A DNA stretch of 64,000 bases, taken from the human T2T-CHM13v2.0 reference genome, Homo sapiens. Shown in pieces: positions 1 through 11,200 of this stretch (positions are counted from its first letter, which is position 1; each line of letters begins with the position of its first letter). The stretch lies in assembly GCF_009914755.1 (NCBI RefSeq), contig NC_060947.1. The stretch is one strand, 5' to 3'. A program made the position numbers and the translations under genes. The notes below the pieces were generated by a model. That model searched no databases. It saw only the letters and a program-made list of their open reading frames with translations, and was not told where the DNA came from.

Positions 1-2278
1 GACTTGCTTTATGAATCTGGGTGCTCCTGTATTGGATGCACATATATTTTGGAGAGTTACCTCTTCTTGTTGAATTGATCCCTTTATCATTATGTAATGG
101 CCTTCTTTGTCTCTTTTGATCTTTGTTGGATTAAAGTCTGTTTTATCCAAGACTAGGATTGCAACCCCTGCCTTTTTTTGTTTTCCATTTGCTTGGTAGA
201 TCTTCCTCCATCCCTTTATTTTGAGCCTATGTGTGTCTCTGCATGTGAGATGGGTTTCCTGAATACAGCACACTGATGGGTCTTGACTCTTTATCCAATG
301 TGCCAGTCTGTGTCTTTTAGTTGGAGCATTTAGCCCATTTACTTTTAAGGTTAGTATTGTTATGTGTGAATTTGATCCTGTCATTATCATCTTAGCTGGT
401 TATTTTGCTCGTTAGTTGATGCAGTTTCTTCCTAGCCTTGGTGGACTTTACAATTTGGCATGTTTTTGCAGTGGCTGGTACCGGTTGTTCCTTTCCATGT
501 TTAGTGCTTCCTTCAGGAGGTCTTTTAGGGCAGGCCTGGTGGTGACAAAATCTCTCAGCATTTGCTTGTCTGTTAAGTATTTTATTTCTCCTTCACTTAT
601 GGAGCTTAGTTTGGCTGGATATGAAATTCTGGGTTGAAAATTCTTTTCTTTAAGAATGTTGAATATTAGCCCCATCTCTCTTCTGGCTTGTAGAGTTTCT
701 GCCAAGACGTCAGCTGTTAGTCTGATGGGCTTCCCTTTGTGGGTAACCTGACCTTTCTCTCTGGCTGCCTTTAGCATTTTTTCCTTCATTTCAACTTTGG
801 TGAATCTGACAATTATGTTTCTTGGAGTTGCTCTTCTCGAGGAGTATCTTTGTGGCATTCTCTGTATTTCCTGAATTTGAATGTTGCCCTGCCTTGCTAG
901 ATTGGGGAAGTTATCCTGGATAATATCCTGCAGAGTGTTTTCCAACTTGGTTCCATTCTCCCCATCACTTTCAGGTACACCAATCAGATGTAGATTTGGT
1001 CTTTTCACATAGTCCCAGATTTCTTGGAGGCTTTGTTCATTTCTCTTTATTCTTTTTTCTCTAAACTTCTCTTCTCACTTCATTTCATTCATTTCATCTT
1101 CCATCACTAATACACTTTCTTCCAGGTGATCGCATCGGCTACTGAGTCTTGTGCATTCGTCATTTAGTTCTCGTGCCATGGTTTTCAGCTCCATCAGGTC
1201 CTTTAAGGACTTCTCTGCATTGGTTATTCTAGTTAGCCATTCGTCTATTTTTTTTCAAGGTTTTTAACTTCTTTGCCTTGGGTTCGAACTTCCTCCTTTA
1301 GCTCGGAGAAGTTTGATCTTCTGAAGCCTTCTTCTCACAACACGTCAAAGTCATTCTCTGTCCAGCTTTGTTCCATTGCTGGTGAGGAGCTGCGCTCCTT
1401 TGGAGGAGGAGAGGTGCTCTGATTTTTAGAGCTTCCAGTTTTTCTGCTCTGTTTTTTCCCCATCTTTGTGGTTTTATCTACCTTTGGTCTTTGATGATGG
1501 TGACAAACAGGTGGGGTTTTGGTGTGGATGTCCTTTCTGTTTGTTAATTTTCCTTCTAACAGTCAGCACCCTCAGCTGCAAGTGTGTTGGAGTTTGCCAG
1601 AGGTCCACTCCAGACCCTGTTTGCCTGGGTATCAGCAGTGGAGGCTGCAGAACAGCGGATATGGTGAACTGCAAATGCTGCTGCCTGATCGTTCCTCTGG
1701 AAGTTTTGTCTCAGAGGAGTACCCGGCCCTGTGAGGTGTCAGTCCGCCCCTACTGGGATGTGCCTCCCAGTTAGGCTACTCGGGGGTCAGGGACCCACTT
1801 GAGGAGGCAGTCTGCCCATTCTCAGATCTCAAGCTGGGTGCTGGGAGAACCACTACTCTCTTCAAATCTGTCAGACAGGGACATTTAAGTCTGCAGAGGT
1901 TACTGCTGCCTTTTGTTTGTCTGTGCCCTGCCCCCAGAGGTGGAGCCTACAGAGGCAGGCTGGCCTCCTTGAACTGTGGTGGTCTCCACCCAGTTCAAGC
2001 TTCCCAGCTGCTTTGTTTACCTACTCAATCCTTGGCAATGGTGGGTGCCCCTCCCCCCACCTAACTGCCCCCTTGCAGTTTGATCTCAGACTGCTGTGCT
2101 AGCAATGAGTGAGGCTCCATGGGTGTAGGACCCTCTGAACCATGCGCAGGATATAATCTCCTGGTGGGCCATTTGTTAAGCCTCAGTTAGAAAGGCAGAA
2201 ATCTCCCATCTTCTGTGTCGCTCACGCTGGGAGCTGTAGACTGGAGCTGTTCCTATTCAGCCATCTTGGCTCTCTCCC
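1..2278 (-). mobile_element. LINE-1 (about L1PA4-6), 5' part: 5'UTR, ORF1 and start of ORF2; continues beyond the window start
   Basis: The L1 5' end (revcomp GCCAAGATGGCTGAATAGGAACAGCTCCAG) is at about 2245-2270. ORF1p C-terminal half is in ORF 448..1008 (KRPNL..., REKG, YPAKLS). ORF2 ATG is at 384. The 5'UTR segment that is deleted in L1PA2/L1HS is retained. Confidence 0.95.
448..1463 (-). pseudogene. L1 ORF1p, disrupted in the N-terminal half
   Basis: ATG at 1463 (ATGGGGAAAAAACAG) to stop at 448 spans 1016 bp, which is not a multiple of 3. Only the C-terminal 186 aa are open in the ORF track. Confidence 0.85.
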
Positions 2279-3817
2279 ACTTGCTATTTTATAGAGAGAG
2301 TTGGACAGTCCCCTTCGCGGAGCAAACAGACCTTATAATGGCATTATCTGGCCCACTAGGCTGATTGCTTTCTCAGGAATAACCCTCTATGCATGTGGAT
2401 TGCAGATACTCAGTGATTGTTCAGTAATGAGCTGTGGGCCCTGCATTAATCCAAATAAGCCCTTAAATTCTGTAGCATTTAAAATTAATAATTTGGCCTT
2501 AAAGTGGTTATTTTTACAATCTACTACTTTTAAAGTAACTGAATGATACCAGTCTACAAAATTGAACAGTTCCTTTGCATTACACCATCTGGTTTTTAGT
2601 GGTTACTTGGTTGTACCCTTCCCCTATATCAACTATTTTTCTTGATAACCACAGGACTTAGAGTTAGTTTTTGTTGCCCTAGCTTATTTTTCTATCCATT
2701 TCATTTTATCTGTATAATTTCCTTCATTATAAAGCAACTCTTAAATAGTTCTTAACCAAAAAAACCTTGCTTTTTTGAAAATTGACATCCTTGTGTTTAA
2801 TAAAATTTTTAATAGCATATTTTATGCTCCTACTATTTTAACTTTTAGTACCCCAAATTTCCAGTGGAGAAAAAAAACTGAAGTTTTAACATAATTTTAA
2901 GATATTAAATTACTACAGAGAGTTTTGAGATTTAATTTTCAAAATTTATTTTACCAAAGATTACCAAGGTCATGTGAACTAAAAGACATCTCAGCTAGGT
3001 TGTACAAATTTGGTAAGCATTCACATTTTTTAAGTTACTTGATTAGAGCTTTTTCATGTAGTTTGATAGTGAAATATCACTTCTACATGACACATAAAGA
3101 TAGAGATATAACAGGCATGCACAATAAAAAGGCAGGCCCAAAAGATATTGTATTTGCCTATTTTCAAAAAACTTCCTCACTTACTTTAGATAATTAATAA
3201 AAGTTACAGTAGTCAACAAAAGGTGAAGGAGAGAGCTATTAAGGCCTTTCCAAAGGAGAAAGAATTGAACTTCTGAGATATCAGTCTGAAGAATGTTACA
3301 GAGACTGATCATAGAATCTTAAAATTTAAAAATTTTGCATTAAAAGTAAGTTAAATATTTATAATAATCTTGTTTTTTAACTAATTTTTCAGTTTTGTAT
3401 TAGTGTATTTTTAATATCAAAACCCATCTCCAGAAAAACTATTATAATTTCTTCTTAATCACAGCCAATTGAATTATACAAACCCCTTTAAAAATTCCTT
3501 CTTACTAACCTTATTATTACTTACATAATTCATTCACAATTTGTTTAGACTCTTTTGTCTTAAATGTCCCTCTTTCTTGAGCAACCCCATCATTTTATTT
3601 TAGGATAAATATTTACTACACAAGATTCTTTCTTATATAACATTACTTTTTTAACCTTTTTTTTTTTTAACAAAAATACCTCTTTATATCCTTAACTCTT
3701 TTTACATCTCTTATTTCCTGATTCCTTTACCTTGTTTCATACATAACCCTTAAATAAGCTTTGAATTAGACAAAGATATTTTACCTTTAAATAAGAACAT
3801 TTAAAAAATGTTTTCCT

Positions 3818-5339
3818 TTCAATGCCATCCCCATCAAACTACCAATGACTTTCTTCACAGAATTGGAAAAGACTACTTTAAAGTTCATATGGAACCAAAA
3901 AGGAGCCCGCATTGCCAAGACAATCCTAAGCCAAAAGAACGAAGCTGGAGGCATCACGATACCTGATTTCAAACTATACTACAGGGCTACAGTAACCAAA
4001 ACACTGCTACCAAAACAGAGATATACAACAATGGAACAGAACAGAGCCCTCAGAAATAATACCACACATCTACAACCATCTGATCTTTGACAAACCTGGC
4101 AAAAACAAGCAATGGGGAAAGGATTCCCTATTTAATAAATGGTGCTGGGAAAAATGGCTAGCCATATGTAGAAAGCTGAAACTGGAATTCAAGATGGATT
4201 AAAGACTTAAATGTTAGACCTAAAACCATAAAAAACCTAGAAGAAAACCTAGTCAATGCCACTCAGGACATAGGCATGGGCAAGGACTTCATGTTTAAAA
4301 CACCAAAACCAACGGCAACAGAAGCCAAAATTGACAAATGGGATCTAATTAAACTAAAGAGCTTCTGCACAGCAAAAGAAACTACCATCAGAGTGAACAG
4401 GCAACCTACAGAATAGGAGAAAATTTTTGCAATCTACTCATCTGACAAAGGGCTAATATCCAGAATCTACAAAGAACTTAAACAAATTTACAAGAAAAAG
4501 TCAAACAACCCCAACGAAAAGCGGGCAAAGGATATGAACAGACACTTCTCGAAAGAAGACATTTATGCAGCCAAAAGACACATGAAAAAATGCTCATCAT
4601 CACTGGCCATCAGAGAATTGCAAATCAAAACCACAATGAGATACCATCTCACACCAGTTAGAATGACGATCATTAAAAAGTCAGGAAACAACAGGTGCTG
4701 GAGAGGATATGGAGAAATAGGAACACTTTTACACTGTTGGTGGGACTGTAAACTAGTTCAACCATTGTGCAAGTCAGTGTGGTGATTCCTCAGGGATCTA
4801 GAACTAGAAATCCCATTTGACCCAGTCATCCCGTTACTGGGTATATACCCAAAGGATTATAAATCATGCTACTATAAAAACACATGCACATGTATGTTTA
4901 TTGCGGCACTATTCACAATAGCAAAGACTTGGAACCAACCCAAATGTCCATCAGTGATAGACTGGATTAAGAAAATGTGGCACATATACACTGTGGAATA
5001 CTATGCAGCCAAAAAAAGGATGAGTTCATGTCCTTTGTAGGGACATGGATGAAGCTGGAAACCATCATTCTCAGCAAACTATCACAAGGACAGAAAACCA
5101 AACACCACGTGTTCTCACTCATAGGTGGGTATTGAACAATGAGAACACATGGATACAGGGTGGGGAACATCACACACCAGGGCCTGTTGTGAGGTGGGGG
5201 GAGGAGAGGAGATAGCATTAGGAGAAATACCTAATGTAAATGTTGAGTTAATGGGTGCAGAACACCAACATGGCACATGTATACATATGTAACAAACCTC
5301 CACGTTGTGCCCTAGAACTTAAAGTGTAATAAAAAAAAA
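3818..5339 (+). mobile_element. 5'-truncated L1PA (ORF2 C-terminus, 3'UTR, polyA)
   Basis: ORF2 peptides [18 protein letters not shown] and [16 protein letters not shown], followed by the L1 3'UTR and A-tail. TSD is approximately AAAAAA(T)GTTTTCCT at 3803-3817 and 5334-5347. Confidence 0.93.
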
Positions 5340-6240
5340 GTTTTCCTATAATTTTTCAATTGGAATTTATCCAGATATTTAATACCAAATAATAACCTTA
5401 GATCCTAAATTATGTCAAGTTTGTTTACAAGCATTTATTCAATTACATTTACCTGATTAATTTAATAGTTTACCTAGATTATTTTAAAAAACTGTGATAA
5501 ACAATATTTAAAGTTATTTTCCTGTTTACCATTTTTATAGCTCTGAATTTCAGGTATTTACTTATGTAATAAAACTTATGGTTAAATTTAAGGATATTTA
5601 TACCAATAACTCAGGGTTTAGCTGTTTTCATTTAAGCCAACAATATTTCATAAGCATATACAAGCAATGATCATTCTGTCTTGGGCTGAGTTTTATAGTT
5701 TATAACCTTTATGGCAAATCTTATAGTACTCTGTGGGAATAAACATAAAACTACAATAAAGCAAACAAAAAATGCTAACATTGATGATATTATTTTACCA
5801 ATAATTTTAAAGCTGGCTTATTTAAAGATTTTACTTAAGTCACGTGAACTTGAAAAAGCATTTGACTAGTCATTTAAGTATTTGATTTAAGCGCTTTTAT
5901 ATATTTTAAGCCCATTAATCAGAGCTCTTTATTTTTTTAGTAGTGAAAATACTGTATACACAACATATACATATATAGACGTGTTAGGCATGCTGATAGA
6001 AATACATCTTATAGATTCATAAAGACCTTTTTTTCCATGTTTCTATCTTAACTTAGTCAGTTGTCATTTAAATAGCCTCAGATTTGCATATTACAGGCAA
6101 CTCAGGTGAAAATCAGATGATAGCAAAATTTACATTGTAAGGTAAGAAGAAAAAGTCTGGTGTGCTAGAGAGAAATTTTAAATGGATTCAGTTGCCAATT
6201 GAACATAAAAGTAAATAAGCCTATTATAAAGGCCTTCAAA

Positions 6241-6280
6241 TATATACACACACATATACATACACACATTCACACACACA
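6241..6280. repeat. (CA/TA)n microsatellite
   Basis: tatatacacacacatatacatacacacattcacacacaca. Confidence 0.8.
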
Positions 6281-6392
6281 AAGTTCCCATTGCTATTGCT
6301 TCAGTACTTTAGTTATGAAATAAATATAATTTTGCCAGCTTGCAAAAAAAAGAAAAAAAGCAAAACAAACAAACAAACAAAAAACACTATTA

Positions 6393-6701
<309 letters not shown>

Positions 6702-7164
6702 AAAGTCACTGTTAGATCCAAACAGTGGTTTTTATCTCTGCAGAAAAGTAACAATAGACTTCAGGCAGAAAAGAAAATAGAACCTAGGAACTCTATAGCA
6801 TGCAGGTCGACCTCAGGCCTATTTTTCCTCAATGTCAATGTGCACAAAGACCATATTACTTCCATTTTATGTAAACTCTGGCAAGCAGAGGTGCCATAAA
6901 ACCTATGGATTGCCAAAAAGAGGGGTCATTCTCCTTGTTTTCTCCTCATTTAACCCCCCACCCTTTTTTTTTTTCTGAAAAGGAGGAACTGAGCTGTAGC
7001 CTAGGGTGTTTTTGTGATGGTTCAATGCGTGCTGCCTGTGGGCAGGACTCCACAGTGTGTTACCACTGACTTTCCACCCTCTTATGTGTCTCAGTTTCTC
7101 TCTCCAGAGGTCTATGACCTCTGAGAGGGCTCAAAACATCAGGTGTTCTGAAATATTTTCAAAT

Positions 7165-7362
7165 AAATATTTGAAGAGATTTATTCTAAGCCAAATATGA
7201 GTGACCCTGGCCTGTGACACAGCCCTCAGGAGGTCCTAAGAACAGGAGCCCTAGGTGGGAGGGGTACAGTTTGGTTTTATATATTTTAGGGAGGCCTGAG
7301 ACATCAATCAAATACATTTAAGAAATACATTGGTTTTGTTCAGAAAGGCGGGACAACTCACA
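7165..7362 (-). mobile_element. MER4-family LTR fragment (R/U5 portion)
   Basis: Matches recalled MER4 LTR blocks: GACACAGCCCTCAGGAGGTCCT, TTGGTTTTATA, GAGACATCAATCAA, GAAAGGCGGGACAACTC. AATAAA is present on the minus strand. Confidence 0.75.
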
Positions 7363-7364
7363 CA

Positions 7365-7835
7365 TGTCCCGAAAGCAGAGTACCCAATACATAAAACTAT
7401 AATTGAAGGAATTGAAGGAAGAAGTAGAGAATTCAACAATAATAGGGACTAAAGCAATCTAGTAATTGAACGATACAGAAATTCAGCCAAGACAGAGAAA
7501 CTTTAAACAACATTTCTAACTAACTTTACCTAACAGACATCTATAAAACATTCCACACAACAACAGCAAAATATACATTTGTTTCTTTGCAACAGGGAAT
7601 ATTCTGCAAGACAAACCATATTCTAGTCCATGGAACAAGTATTATAAATTTTAAAGGTTTGAAATCATAAAAGATATGTTCTTCCACCACAGTAAAGTTA
7701 GAAAACAAAAATATATCTTTAATCATAAAATAATTAAAAATTAAAAAATACATTTATAAATTATTGGTGAAAGAAAAAATATGCACAATATTATAAAAGT
7801 ATTTTTATCTGAACAAATATAAATACACAATATAT
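7365..7835 (+). mobile_element. Old L1M ORF2 endonuclease-region fragment (host of the MER83-like ERV; resumes at about 18028-18090 and 31881-32923)
   Basis: Degenerate L1 EN sequence (acctaacagacatctataaaacattccacacaacaacagcaaaatatacatt). Collinear ORF2 sequence continues after the insertions. Confidence 0.7.
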
Positions 7836-8299
7836 TGTGGAGTCCTAATTTGGAAAAAGGAGTCAGGCTGGCAGGACCAGCGGAAAGCAAAGATATGAGG
7901 CAAATAAACTATGCCTTTTGCCTTTCTTCATGGTTCAGGACATATAAACAAAAAGAGGAAGCTGATAAATTATAGTTTTATGGCCCAGGACATATAGCCC
8001 TCCTGAACCAATAAGATACATAACTCACAAACTTCCTGCTTACCATCAAATTCCTCAATTTATCAAATATCCCAGCTGACAGAAGAATGCAAGTTCCCAA
8101 GTTCCATTCTATAGAATCCTGAGCAAGCCTTTTTGCTCCTGGCTGTCAGCTTCTCTTCTACTGATACTGTCTGTTGCCTTTTCACAATGTATTTTCATAC
8201 TTTCTCTAATAAATCTGCCTTTTTTCTACCTACAACTGTCTTGGTAAATTCTTTCAGTCCTGCACCACCAGCCCAGATAGTCATTGCTCACCGGCAACA
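7836..8299 (+). repeat. 5' LTR (MER83-like)
   Basis: TG...CA termini, TATA-like CTATAGAA at about 8109, AATAAA at about 8208; homologous to 17565-18027. Confidence 0.9.
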
Positions 8300-8302
8300 T
8301 TC

Positions 8303-8320
8303 TGGTGGCCCATAAGGGGA
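8303..8320 (+). promoter_or_regulatory. Primer binding site for tRNA-Ile
   Basis: TGGTGGCCCATAAGGGGA versus the complement of the tRNA-Ile(AAU) 3' end as I recall it, TGGTGGCCCGTACGGGGA (16/18). Confidence 0.8.
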
Positions 8321-9109
8321 CTCTCTCTTCATGGGGAACTCTCTCCCCTCTCTTTTTTCGAACTTTGGACAGTGTCTAAGCACAGAGGCAATTGCACTGT
8401 AGCTGGAGCTACTCTCTAGTAGGACTGGAAGGTGTCTTTGCGAAAGCGTCTGACCACCATCGCCCGTTAGGGTGAGGGACCTGAGTCTACTTATTCTTTT
8501 CAGTCTTTTGTCTGCCAGCTTCTATTAGCTCTCTGGCAATTAAAAGTAACAGGCAGGGCCAGTCTATGGTGCCGCCTGAAGGCCAAAGAGTGAACAGGAC
8601 TGGCTGCCCTGCCCAGAAAAAAGAAAGGCTCTTTCTTATTTTTTCTGATCAAAAGCCCCTGATGCCAAAATGTGAAGCAATTGACAGCAGAAGCTTGTTC
8701 AGGGTGAATTCGCACATGTTTTAGGTGACTCAGACCCTCTGTCACTCTAAATTCTCCTGTGGAGACAGCCAATCATCCTTTTCTGGATGTGCTAAATCAG
8801 GTGATCTCAGACAGCCTCAGAACAGTGAGTCTTCCCTTAACTACCCACTCTCCTGGGTCAACACCAGACAGAGATCTTCCTTTACCCTTTTTCTTCAAAC
8901 CTGAGCTGATCACCCAGCATAAATGAGTACCTCAACTGGCCATCCAGCATGAGGCCTCCGATCAGCCAAGAGGACTTTTCTAATGACTGAGACACTCCTT
9001 TAGAAAGTGCACCCAGAGTCCCTCAGTGGACATAAATGGAACCTTCTTTTCATTTCGGCGAGATGTCTTGACAGAAAGTGTCGTTCATGCCCCAAGTGGA
9101 ACTGCCCCA

Positions 9110-10677
9110 AAGTGGCATGTTTTTTCATTCCACAAACCCCATCTATTCCTGTAGACTCACCTCTAGACTGTATTTTGAAGAATCGGGACAAATTTGACCC
9201 TCAACCCCTCAAAAAGAAACACCTAATCTTTCTTTGCAACATAGCATGGCCTCCTTACCACCTCCCACAGAAATTGAAGTGGACCCAGAATGGGAGCCTA
9301 GACTCCAGTATTCTTTTAAATCTTGATCTCTTTTGCCATAACTCTTCCAAATGGTCTGAGGTGCCCTATGTTCAAGTTTATGTTTCTATAAAAAAAAAAA
9401 ACCTAGACTTTAGAGACAATTGTAGAATGAGACTGGCAAAATTCTTAAGTCCCTTAGATTCCTCAGACATTTTGGATGACCCTTCTTTTACACTCTCATG
9501 TTCCAGACCTCTCCCACTTTGGTCTCTCCATTCATTTTCCCTGACTACACATCTTTCCCTTCAATACCTCCTTCCTCAGCTACACCTTCTGTCTCTCCCT
9601 CTTTACCTCCTCCATACCCAGAACCACTTCTCCTCCACATACCAGATCAGGAGTCACCTCTGATTCTCTCCCATCATCAGATAAAGGTTTGCAGCTCTGA
9701 GAAGTGGCCAAATGGGGGTGTAGGAATCATCAGGGCCCATGTCTCATTCCCTATGTCTGATTTGTCTGAAATAGAGGCAAATCTTGGCTCTTTTAGTTAG
9801 TACCCCTCCCATTTTATGAAGAAATTCAAGGGGCTTGCAGTTTCCTTTGATCTCAATTGGCAAAACATTTAGGTTATTTTTACCACCTGTTGCACTCATA
9901 AGGAAAAGACCCACATTTGGTCTCTAGCCCACTGATGGGCAGAAGAATTCCATGCCTGGAACATTTGGAACCCTGAACCAGGAAGAACAGTTGTTTATGA
10001 TAGTGATCCTAGATGGGGCTGTCAAGAAGGAGACCCTGATAGAGTCCACCACAATTATATGATCACTTGCCTGATTGAGGGGATGAAAAAGGCTGTCATT
10101 AAACCTGCAAATTATGCTACATTAAGAGAAGTTACACAGGGGTCAAATGAAAACCCAGCCCTATTCCACTCTAGGGTAGCTGAAGCTATGAGAAAATGCA
10201 CTAATATGGATCTCTAGAGCCAAGAGGGCCTCACTATTGTGGCTGTGTATTTTATTAGGCCTCTCCAGACGTTAGGCATAAGCTTGAAAAACTAGTTCAA
10301 AGGCCACAGACCCCTTTCCTTACTTTGCTATAAATGGCCTTTACATTCTTTAATAACTGGGAGGAAGCCTCAAGAACTGACAGGATAGGAAGGAAAGAGA
10401 AAGAGACAGGCAGCAAGCTCATTATATGGCTGCTGCCTTTGCTACCTGCCTGCCCAAACCAGGGACCACAGACCAAGCATCAGGATGTCACCCACTGACC
10501 AATAAAAGGCCCATTCTCTGTTATAGCTATAACCAGCCTTGGCATATTAACAGAAACTGCCAAAACCCTCCACGAGTGTCACCTGATTTTCTACTGCCAC
10601 CACCTGGCCTTTGCCAATACTGCAAGCAACTGGGACACTGGAAACTGGAATGCTCCTCGCTCCCTCATGATAGGTAG
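9110..10677 (+). pseudogene. ERV gag remnant (MA, CA, NC), frameshifted
   Basis: MA motifs SPLDCILKN..KFDPQ.LKKK.LIFLCN.AWP and LDLFC....KWSEVPYVQ; CA motif HVSFPMSDLSEIEANLGSFS; MHR-like QGSNENPALF; two CCHC-type knuckles in ORF 10426..10677. Confidence 0.9.
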
Positions 10678-10849
10678 TCATCCTCAAACAAGTCCCAATT
10701 ATGGGCCAACTTGGGAGGAAAGCAAAGGCAAATGCCCTTAACTTTGTTCCTCAATTATGAAAAAGCTGAGGAGACCTTAAAAGAGAAGAAAAAGCCCCAA
10801 GAGGGGCCATTTCCTCACTGTCCCAGAGGCCATCCAGGCTCCTGTATTT

Positions 10850-11200
10850 TCCATCACTACTGCTGAATCTCAGGTAATCTTGTGTGTAGCAGAATATAAA
10901 ATTGAGTTTTTTTATTGACACAGGATCTAGTTACACTGCCCTAATTAAATTCTCTGGACCTAACTTTTGGTCCTCAATCCTCACAAGCAAGGAGGGCCAA
11001 CTGAAACAGAGCTATTTTACCCCATCTTTGGTATGCATTGGTATGCAACTAGGGAAAAAAATATTTTCACTCACTTATTTCTGGTCTTGCCCACTTGTTC
11101 CATCCCTTTGCTTGGGAGGCATATAATGGCAAAACTTCAAACTAGCTTTCAGTTTTCCAACCAGGCCTGTTCAATACTGGCATTATTACCTTTTAATACT
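10850..11200 (+). pseudogene. ERV aspartic protease remnant
   Basis: FFIDTGSSYTAL active-site motif and FLVLPTCSIPLLGRH C-terminal motif, in different frames. Confidence 0.85.

Noticed and set aside
1-2278. Segmental duplication with 24863-27341
   Set aside because: Similarity is confined to L1 sequence, the flanks differ and the second copy has its own TSD. These are independent insertions.
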